Shown here: in pieces, positions 8,375-15,472 of the stretch
Layout: each line of letters opens with the position of its first letter
Position numbering within the stretch: position 1 is the first letter of the stretch
Assembly (NCBI GenBank): GCA_964645485.1
Contig: CAZXZO010000025.1
Coordinates: 1-24,020 of the forward strand
DNA: 24,020 nucleotides
DNA from: an uncultured Candidatus Poseidoniales archaeon
GTDB taxonomy: Archaea > Thermoplasmatota > Poseidoniia > Poseidoniales > Thalassarchaeaceae
Direction of reading: 5' to 3'
Notes under the pieces: generated by a model
What the model saw: only the letters and a program-made list of their open reading frames with translations
The model's database searches: none
What the model was told of the DNA's origin: nothing
Made by a program: the position numbers and the translations under genes

Positions 8375-8944
8375 ATGTCAGAGGAAGGATTTACACCAGG
8401 CGGAGAAGATTGGGAAGAGCAACTCCTAGAGCAGCTCTCAAAGATGTTTAACGACATGGGTATGCCGATGGATACGGCAACAATTAGAGGAATGATGGAT
8501 CAAATTCGTGGCCAATTCGAAGAGATGGGTATAGACCCAGAAAAGATGGCTGGCGAGAAAATTGAATTGAACTTAGAAGCCACCATGAATGATTTGGCAA
8601 AAATGATGGGAGGGAAATTCCCCAAAAAGAAACCAGTATCCGTTGAAGTAGAAACTTTGGAAGAAGAAAAATCTGATTCCGAAGCGTTGGTACCTGTTAA
8701 CGAAGAAGATATTTTTATTGATGGTGACAAGATGATTCTAACTCTTGATTGTAGTCGAATTGATGAGATTGATGATGATGGTGAAGGTGTTGAAGTCGTC
8801 TTAACCAATGATAACTCAGTTGTCAGCATAATGGTTGAAGGAAGGCCAAGACCAGTACGAAAGTACAACATTGGTAGAGTTGTTGAAGCGATGGATGGAT
8901 GGTCGATTAACAACGGAATTTTGGATATGACTCTAATAATTTGA
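8375..8944 (+). CDS. Divergent small heat-shock (Hsp20/alpha-crystallin-like) protein
   Basis: Long Met/Glu-rich N-region and a C-terminal beta-rich region ending [10 protein letters not shown], which resembles the Hsp20 NGvL signature. Lies immediately upstream of dnaK. Start could be GTG at 8366. Confidence 0.65.
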   Translation: MSEEGFTPGGEDWEEQLLEQLSKMFNDMGMPMDTATIRGMMDQIRGQFEEMGIDPEKMAGEKIELNLEATMNDLAKMMGGKFPKKKPVSVEVETLEEEKSDSEALVPVNEEDIFIDGDKMILTLDCSRIDEIDDDGEGVEVVLTNDNSVVSIMVEGRPRPVRKYNIGRVVEAMDGWSINNGILDMTLII

Positions 8945-8958
8945 AGGAAGTGAAAAAT

Positions 8959-10842
8959 ATGGTAAAAAACCCAGTAATTGGAATTGATTTAGGAACGACA
9001 AATAGTTGTGTAGCGACTATTGAAGGTGGAGAAGCGATAGTAATTGCAAACGCAGAGGGAGCGCGTACTACACCAAGTGTAGTCGCTTTTGCAACTGATG
9101 GAGAGCGCATGGTCGGTGTAACCGCAAAGCGTCAGGCAGTAACCAACTCTGATCGCACCATTCTTTCTGTAAAAAGAGAGATGGGTAGCGATTGGACTCA
9201 GAAAATTGATGATGCTGAATACACTCCTCAAGAAATTTCAGCGTTCATTCTGCAGAAGATGAAAGCAGATGCTGAAGCATATCTTGGACAAGAAGTAAAG
9301 CAAGCAGTAATTACTTGCCCGGCATACTTCACCGATGCTCAGCGCAAAGCAACTAAGGATGCTGGTAGAATTGCTGGCCTTGAAGTCCTTCGTATCATCA
9401 ACGAACCAACAGCAGCAGCTTTGGCCTTTGGAGTCGACAAAGAAGATGACCAGACTATTTTAGTCTACGATTTAGGTGGCGGAACATTCGATGTATCGGT
9501 CCTAGAAATCTATCTAATTGATGGACAACCACAAATTGAAGTCAAAGCAACTGCAGGAAATAACAAACTTGGTGGCGATGATTTTGATGAAGAAATAATC
9601 AATTGGGCAGTTGCTGAATTCAAGAAATCCAGTGGTATTGATTTGTCAAAAGATTTGCAGGCAATGAGTCGTCTCAAAGAATCAGCAGAGAAGGCAAAAA
9701 TTGAACTCTCAGGGAATTCCCAGGCACAAATGAATCTTCCATTCATCACTATGGTGGATGGCCAACCTGCTCACCTTGACCTTACTTTGTCCAAGGCAAA
9801 GTTCGAAGACTTGATCGGCGGTCTTATTGAGAAATCAATGAAACCAACTAGGCAAGCAGTCAAAGACGCTGGGATTTCAGCATCAGAAATTGACAAAATC
9901 TTACTGATTGGCGGATCAACTAGAGTTCCAGCAGTCCAAGAAGCTATCGAGAAAGAACTCGGAAAGAAACCCTACAAGGGAATCAATCCTGATGAAGCAG
10001 TTGCACTTGGTGCAGCACTTCAGGCTGGCATTATCGTTGGCGATGATGCAGTAACCGATGTACTTCTACTCGATGTGACACCACTTAGCCTTGGGATTGA
10101 AACTCTTGGTGGTGTAACTACCTCAATGATTGAGAGAAATACCACAATTCCTACAAAGCGCTCGGAAACGTTCTCCACTGCAAGCGATAATCAGCCAGCG
10201 GTTGAAATCCATGTGTTACAAGGAGAGCGAGAATTCGCTCGTGACAACATAACACTAGGACGATTCTTCCTTGAAGGAATTCCTGCGGCTCCAAGAGGTA
10301 TGCCACAGATTGAAGTCGCATTCGACATTGATGCTAACGGTATTGTAAGCGTTTCAGCAAAGGATTTGGGTACTGGCAAAGAGCAGTCCATCCGAATTGA
10401 ATCTGCAACTTCACTAAGTGAAGAGGAAATCCAGCAAAAAATTGCTGATGCGGAGAAATTCGCCGAAGAAGATAGTTCAAGAAAAGGAAAAGTCGAGATT
10501 CGAAACTCCGCAGACAGTATCATCTACCAGACTCGTAGAACCTTGAAAGAGGCAGAAGATAAAATCACAGATGAAGACAAAGAACCTGTTGAAGAAAAAC
10601 TCACAGAACTTGAGGACCTCATTGTTGAAGATGGTACACCAAAAGAAATTGACGATATTGACGAGGAAGCAATCCAAGCCAAAGTCAAGGAATTGGAAGA
10701 GGCAATGCATGCGATCTCTGCAAAGTTGTACGAAGCAGCCTCAGCCCAGATGGAATCTGAGGAAGCGGCAGAAGAAGCAAGTGCTGATGGCAACGATGTG
10801 GTTGATGCTGACTTCGAAGTCGTTGACGAAGAAGAAAACTGA
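8959..10842 (+). CDS. dnaK: Chaperone DnaK (Hsp70)
   Basis: [65 protein letters not shown] and acidic C-terminus [12 protein letters not shown]. Short N-terminal region as in archaeal/Gram-positive DnaK. ATG at 8959 preferred over TTG at 8941. Confidence 0.98.
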   Translation: MVKNPVIGIDLGTTNSCVATIEGGEAIVIANAEGARTTPSVVAFATDGERMVGVTAKRQAVTNSDRTILSVKREMGSDWTQKIDDAEYTPQEISAFILQKMKADAEAYLGQEVKQAVITCPAYFTDAQRKATKDAGRIAGLEVLRIINEPTAAALAFGVDKEDDQTILVYDLGGGTFDVSVLEIYLIDGQPQIEVKATAGNNKLGGDDFDEEIINWAVAEFKKSSGIDLSKDLQAMSRLKESAEKAKIELSGNSQAQMNLPFITMVDGQPAHLDLTLSKAKFEDLIGGLIEKSMKPTRQAVKDAGISASEIDKILLIGGSTRVPAVQEAIEKELGKKPYKGINPDEAVALGAALQAGIIVGDDAVTDVLLLDVTPLSLGIETLGGVTTSMIERNTTIPTKRSETFSTASDNQPAVEIHVLQGEREFARDNITLGRFFLEGIPAAPRGMPQIEVAFDIDANGIVSVSAKDLGTGKEQSIRIESATSLSEEEIQQKIADAEKFAEEDSSRKGKVEIRNSADSIIYQTRRTLKEAEDKITDEDKEPVEEKLTELEDLIVEDGTPKEIDDIDEEAIQAKVKELEEAMHAISAKLYEAASAQMESEEAAEEASADGNDVVDADFEVVDEEEN

Positions 10843-11173
10843 GATAATACCCAATAATTCCAAAAAACCATACCACCTGCCAACTAATATTGAGTATTAC
10901 ATTGTGGTTGATAGAATTTCATACTGAAAAAAAGTAATCGTTCAGACATCTCTGAATGCTGCACAGGCAACCTATGCGGCCGTCATAACCTCTCTCCGCT
11001 GGACTAGGTTCAATTGGAGCATCAGCACACCGAACGATTTTGAACAGATAGCGCATTCGCGCAGTACCACGAATGGAGAAGGCTGAACGCTTTCAAAAAA
11101 AATGCAAATCTATACTGGTTACTGCAATTATAAACGGTTTAAATTATATCATAGCAGAGCAGAGCATTAGTTA

Positions 11174-12481
11174 GTGCCTCATCAAACTACGCTCTCGCGC
11201 CTGCTAGTTTTTTTGGTGGCGAGTGCCTTAATCTCATCCTTCTATCTGCCTTCTGCTATCGCAACTCTATCCACTGATGAGGACGAGCCTGAGGGCGAGT
11301 CTGAGGATGATGATGGAAACGATGCAGAGGATGTTCAAAATGAGGAAGACGAGCCTGAGGATGATGAGGATGACGAAGAAAATAGACATTCGGGCGAACA
11401 TCAAGTGAATATTGAAACCTCAGGCGATGAAGTAAAAATAGAACTTGAACGCGAAACTGAGACATTTGAATCAAAAATTGAAGTACGGTTTGATACCTCA
11501 AAAGCAAAAGTTGACCTTAAATTTGAGGAAGAAATTGGCAATATTGAAACCGAACAAAAAATGGAAATGGAGTTTGAACAAGTCTTCGAATTTAACGATT
11601 CAAATAGCAATGGAATATATGATGCGGGAGAGGAAATATTGGCAACTTGGGAGTTGCACAATAATGCCAAAACCATCTCTGGCTCACTAACTCCAGGCGA
11701 AGCAACTTGGGCCGACCCAACAGTTGCCCCTATCAGTTCAAACAATGTTTCAGGATGGCAAATAACAGCGCAAGCCCAACTTGAAAGTACTGGAGGGACT
11801 TTCAAAATAATTCTCTATGTTTTTGGCCAACAAACCAACCTCGCTGGCAATCAATTATCCCCTACAGATGTGAAAATTGACCTTGAATACCACGGGATTC
11901 CAACCCAATCTAATAACAGCGCTATTGGGCTATTATTTGAAGTTGAATCGGAACAAGAAATTGAAATTGAAGACGATGAAGATGAATCGGGATTTTATTC
12001 AAAGGGCCAGAGCGGGGATGTCGGAGTTAATCTCTCATTCTGTTGGCTTGAATATGCATCTGTTGATGGATTAAATCAATCAATTGGAATGACAATAATT
12101 GAATCAAACACAAACAGCGACAATTCTGAATTTAGTTTTGAAAGATTGGCAGTTTTCTCGTATCCAGCAGGAACAGAAATCATCCATGACCCTACAATAT
12201 CGGTAAAATATGGTGTTTTAAGCGACTCAACAGGCGGAATTACAGACAATTCCGGCAAAAATGAAACTTGGTACTCGAGTCTTAATTCTGCCTCTGTAAT
12301 CATCTCTCTAGCAGTCTTATTACCCATGTTCCTACTTGTAATAGGAGTCATTTTACGCGGTGGACGAATCCAAACTGAAGATTCAGATCTCAAAGAGCCT
12401 CTACTCCCGTGGCTATTACCAATGCCACCAATTGGTATAAATGTCAGCCAATTAGATTCGCAAAAGGAGGATGGCACATGA
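11174..12481 (+). CDS. Exported, C-terminally membrane-anchored acidic protein (paralog 1)
   Basis: GTG start, signal-peptide-like N-terminus, D/E tract, calcium-loop-like DSNSNGIYD, IIHDP motif, and a C-terminal TM. Clear paralog of 13657-14847. Confidence 0.85.
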   Translation: MPHQTTLSRLLVFLVASALISSFYLPSAIATLSTDEDEPEGESEDDDGNDAEDVQNEEDEPEDDEDDEENRHSGEHQVNIETSGDEVKIELERETETFESKIEVRFDTSKAKVDLKFEEEIGNIETEQKMEMEFEQVFEFNDSNSNGIYDAGEEILATWELHNNAKTISGSLTPGEATWADPTVAPISSNNVSGWQITAQAQLESTGGTFKIILYVFGQQTNLAGNQLSPTDVKIDLEYHGIPTQSNNSAIGLLFEVESEQEIEIEDDEDESGFYSKGQSGDVGVNLSFCWLEYASVDGLNQSIGMTIIESNTNSDNSEFSFERLAVFSYPAGTEIIHDPTISVKYGVLSDSTGGITDNSGKNETWYSSLNSASVIISLAVLLPMFLLVIGVILRGGRIQTEDSDLKEPLLPWLLPMPPIGINVSQLDSQKEDGT

Positions 12482-13329
12482 ACATAGAAGGTTGGACAAC
12501 TCGCCAGAGAGTACTCGCTTGCCTGACTGGGTCAAGCAATCACAGCCGCTCAGCAATAGCACCTACTAGATGGACGAGAGAAGGAATTTCTGAGCGGTTA
12601 GAAATTGACCAATCCGTTGTTTCGCGACATCTAAAATCACTATTTGATGAAGGCCTAATTATTTACGAACTCAGGCGAGTTCATGGATTGAGTCGACGCA
12701 GAAAAGTACCCGTACTCTCTAAACTTGGAGAGGAAAGGTTGCTAGACTTGCGCACGGTTTTACTTTCAGAACCTGTGGAGGTTGAACTACGGAGTGGAAG
12801 AGTGGAGAGAAGAGCGCTAGGCACCCTAAACCACCTATGGCCTGACTTGTCACTCGTTGATACTCTTGGACTGGTCGAATGGTACAAAAGAATCCGGCAA
12901 CCCATCCCTCTGAATTCTGGGCCGAACGCTGAAGCCGCCGGACGGCTTGACGAAACAATGGTTCACTGGGTGATGGAAGGGGCTGACACGCGCAACGATG
13001 CGATTGAAAGGGCCGCTTTGTTATTGACTCGCAATCTTTCTGTTAGCGCATTACTACGCTGGCAACTTGAATTGTTAGCAAGTGAAGGTCAAGCTGATTC
13101 TTGGAAACCTGATGCGATGCAAGGTAACGGCAGCGAGGTTACTGAATTCCTGCTGACTTGTGACTGGCAAAATGTGCCAACTGGCTGGTCGCCCACAATA
13201 GATGCTGCCAATAGATTACTCCTCGGTGAAGCAAATCGGCGCGATTTGAAATTGGTTGCATTAGCGGTTCAAAATGGGGCTCACGATGAATGGAATGCAC
13301 TTATTGGTGAAATCGACATTAGCCAATAA
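12478..13329 (+). CDS. Winged helix-turn-helix (MarR/ArsR-like) regulator with an uncharacterised C-terminal region (283 aa)
   Basis: Start reassigned to the ATG at 12478 (SD GGAGG, ATGA overlap with the upstream stop). wHTH-like segment TREGISERLEIDQSVVSRHLKSLFDEGLI...RRRKVPVLSKLG. Confidence 0.8.
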   Translation: MNIEGWTTRQRVLACLTGSSNHSRSAIAPTRWTREGISERLEIDQSVVSRHLKSLFDEGLIIYELRRVHGLSRRRKVPVLSKLGEERLLDLRTVLLSEPVEVELRSGRVERRALGTLNHLWPDLSLVDTLGLVEWYKRIRQPIPLNSGPNAEAAGRLDETMVHWVMEGADTRNDAIERAALLLTRNLSVSALLRWQLELLASEGQADSWKPDAMQGNGSEVTEFLLTCDWQNVPTGWSPTIDAANRLLLGEANRRDLKLVALAVQNGAHDEWNALIGEIDISQ

Positions 13330-13339
13330 TTCAACTACC

Positions 13340-13414
13340 TCAGGTTGTCGGCGTGGAAAAAACATTTTTATGCTTGTAATTTGTCATCATTTTGAGGAGC
13401 CTGATATTAGCCAT
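13340..13414 (-). CDS. 24-aa micropeptide coupled to the 48-aa ORF, possibly frameshifted
   Basis: Has its own SD AAGGAG and a TGATG stop/start overlap at 13412-13416. Translation: MANIRLLKMMTNYKHKNVFSTPTT. Removing one base from a T6 run restores RRQPEVVELLA, matching GQPETVELLA in the first ORF. Confidence 0.4.
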   Translation of the reverse strand: MANIRLLKMMTNYKHKNVFSTPTT

Positions 13415-13560
13415 CAATTCTCCTTGCTTTGGCTTAGCCGCTCGTAATCTGCCATCATTTTGAGTACATTGAAATGCGCCAATAATTCAACTGTCTCGGG
13501 TTGTCCTCTTGAGTTGTTCTCTTGAAAATACATCATTTTGAGGGAATTGACATTTGTCAT
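13414..13560 (-). CDS. Unannotated 48-aa micropeptide with two LKMM motifs
   Basis: SD AAGGAG upstream of the ATG at 13560. Translation: MTNVNSLKMMYFQENNSRGQPETVELLAHFNVLKMMADYERLSQSKEN. Below the track's 60-aa cutoff; expression unproven. Confidence 0.5.
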   Translation of the reverse strand: MTNVNSLKMMYFQENNSRGQPETVELLAHFNVLKMMADYERLSQSKEN

Positions 13561-13580
13561 TAATTCTCCTTTCTCAGGGT

Positions 13581-13625
13581 CTCAATTTTGCAAATGTGCA
13601 GTTATTTTGCAAAAATGCTCAATTT
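13581..13625. promoter_or_regulatory. Putative operator region with TTTGCAAA palindromes
   Basis: TTTGCAAA at 13587-13594 and TTTTGCAAAA at 13605-13614, with CTCAATTT at 13581 and 13618. Lies between divergent starts at 13560 and 13657. Confidence 0.35.
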
Positions 13626-13656
13626 GCCTTAATAGGTTAAGCCCTCAGTTGAAACC

Positions 13657-14847
13657 ATGCAACAAAGTGTGCGGTGGTTAATTGCTCTGTTGCTGGCATT
13701 GATGCTTGCCTTACCGGGAAGTGTTGTAGCCAGTGGTGGTGATGATGATGAAAATGATGACGATAGCGATAATGACGCTAACGGCACTGACGAGGATAAT
13801 GACGATGACGAACGAGAGGACCAAGAGAAACACAAAGTCGATGTCGATGTCTCGGGAGATGAAATAAAAGTTGAACTAAAGCGGGAACTCGGTGACGATG
13901 AAACCAAGATTGAGTTCAAGGTTGACCTTTCTGAGGCGAAATTCAAGTTGAAGTTTGAAGAGGAAACCGGTCAATTGGAAACCGAACAAAAACTCGAGGT
14001 CGTGATGCAACGCCTCTTTGAGTATGTCGATACGAACGGAAACGGGGCATATGACGAAGGCGAGGTGATCGCTTCTGGCTATCGAATTGGTGATTCTGGT
14101 GACTCACTTTCAGATTCTCCGGACAACGGTTCGGTTAACTGGGACCAACCAACGCTTAGTGACATCACTACAGGTGGGATCTCTGGTAAGGCTATGAGTG
14201 CAAGAGGGACTGTTGGACAAAATAGTGAAGGCGTGTTCGGTCTTGACATCAAAGTATATGGCGATTTTACCATGATGAATGGGAGTCAACTTCTTCCAAC
14301 CGAAGTCAAGATTGATTTCATAATTGAGAATTACCCATACACACAAAACGACACTGTACTCGGACTGTTACTCAAAACCAAAACCAAGCAAGAGCAAGAG
14401 CGAGACCACTCAGACATCGACACCGATGAAGAAGGAGTGGTCGCCTCCTCTAGCACCGATGTTAACGCCATCAGCCTCGGCTTTTCATGGAAACAGACTG
14501 CAACTGTCGACGGAGTCGACCTGCCCGTTCACACTACTGTATTGAGTTCCGAGACTGAGACAAGCGCGGATGAATTTGAGTTCAAACAACGCTTCGTTCT
14601 TGGATACGCTCGCGGGGCTGTGATTGTCCATGACCCAGTTGCAGGGGTTAGTTACGCCTCCACAGCAGCAGCAGTGGATGAAGGGGCATGGTACAGCAAC
14701 ATTCTACCTGGCTTCGGCTTGGTGGCAACTCTCGGAGCATTCATGGGTACTGCATTCCTAGTTCGACCTCGGACTGTGAACCGAATAATGGATTCAAAAG
14801 AGGCCCTAAGACTATCAGAAAGTGAGGGGCTCAGAGGCTACAACTGA
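13657..14847 (+). CDS. Exported acidic protein (paralog 2) with a PGF-CTERM-like anchor segment
   Basis: Signal peptide, D/E/N tract, DTNGNGAYD loop, IVHDP motif, then ILPGFGLVATLGAFMGTAFLVRPR. 32/56 identical to paralog 1 over a hand-aligned segment. Confidence 0.87.
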   Translation: MQQSVRWLIALLLALMLALPGSVVASGGDDDENDDDSDNDANGTDEDNDDDEREDQEKHKVDVDVSGDEIKVELKRELGDDETKIEFKVDLSEAKFKLKFEEETGQLETEQKLEVVMQRLFEYVDTNGNGAYDEGEVIASGYRIGDSGDSLSDSPDNGSVNWDQPTLSDITTGGISGKAMSARGTVGQNSEGVFGLDIKVYGDFTMMNGSQLLPTEVKIDFIIENYPYTQNDTVLGLLLKTKTKQEQERDHSDIDTDEEGVVASSSTDVNAISLGFSWKQTATVDGVDLPVHTTVLSSETETSADEFEFKQRFVLGYARGAVIVHDPVAGVSYASTAAAVDEGAWYSNILPGFGLVATLGAFMGTAFLVRPRTVNRIMDSKEALRLSESEGLRGYN

Positions 14848-14933
14848 TTCAGACCATAAGGGATGAACAGCGGTTTTGAAGGTTTCAAGAAATAGCCAAA
14901 GATTAATTTCAAGGTGTTGTTGAGGTCCATTGC

Positions 14934-15467
14934 ATGGGAATCAATTATCGGTGGCTCCTTCTCGCCGCGCTTCTATCGATTTGCCTGTTGGCTGCCCCTG
15001 TTTTAGGTGACGGCGACGACAATGATGACGACGATGGCTGGGGAGAAGACGGCGGTAAAGGCCTAGGAGTTGCTTCCGCAGTTTTACTCGGCTTGACTAT
15101 GAGTATCGTAGTGTGGAAACCAGGTCTCAAGTATTTGAGAAAAAATGCCAACAGTATAGTTGAGGATGGCCGGTGGCTGAAGAAAGAACTCGGAAAAGCA
15201 AATCGATGGTACATGAAAATCCACTATTGGATTGGCACGGGCGCGGTAGTCACTGGTCTAATCCACGGCATCGCGATGAACAAATGGGAGGTGGTGTTTT
15301 GGGCCGGTTGGGTAGGTATGCTCCTCATGTCTATCTCTGGAGGGTTATTGCTTTGGAAGTGGCCCCCTAGAGAGGTGAAAAAGGGTGCGCGACTCCTCCA
15401 TGCACAGCGGGCAATTCTAGTCATCACTGTTGTTCTAATCTTCATATCTCACGAAGGTTTTGATTAA
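14934..15467 (+). CDS. Membrane protein with four His; ferric-reductase-like/cytochrome b-like TM domain (tentative)
   Basis: Signal peptide, D/G tract and about four TM segments. His pair IHYWIGTGAVVTGLIH (14 apart) and a second pair LH...SH (17 apart). No FAD/NAD-binding domain. Confidence 0.65.
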   Translation: MGINYRWLLLAALLSICLLAAPVLGDGDDNDDDDGWGEDGGKGLGVASAVLLGLTMSIVVWKPGLKYLRKNANSIVEDGRWLKKELGKANRWYMKIHYWIGTGAVVTGLIHGIAMNKWEVVFWAGWVGMLLMSISGGLLLWKWPPREVKKGARLLHAQRAILVITVVLIFISHEGFD

Positions 15468-15472
15468 TTCGG

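Larger units (their letters stand above)
13297..13571. repeat. Degenerate tandem array of about 36-nt units at 68-88 nt periodicity
   Basis: CATCATTTTGAG is exact at 13385, 13453 and 13531. A 28-mer matches 25/28 at 13322 and 13478. The 41-nt stretches starting at 13385 and 13531 match 33/41. A fourth, decayed unit lies at 13297-13332. Confidence 0.85.

Noticed and set aside
10843-11173. Possible ncRNA or small gene after dnaK, including the TTCAGA-N4-TCTGAA inverted repeat at 10941-10956
   Set aside because: No tRNA or rRNA features. The only ORFs with a start codon that I found are very short and lack an SD, and a 6-bp inverted repeat is expected by chance.
13297-13571. CRISPR array (period 68-88 nt, unit about 36 nt)
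   Set aside because: Units are degenerate, the intervening segments resemble each other (GACAACCYGAG in two, ATTACNAG in two), variation preserves a reading frame, and no cas genes are in the window.
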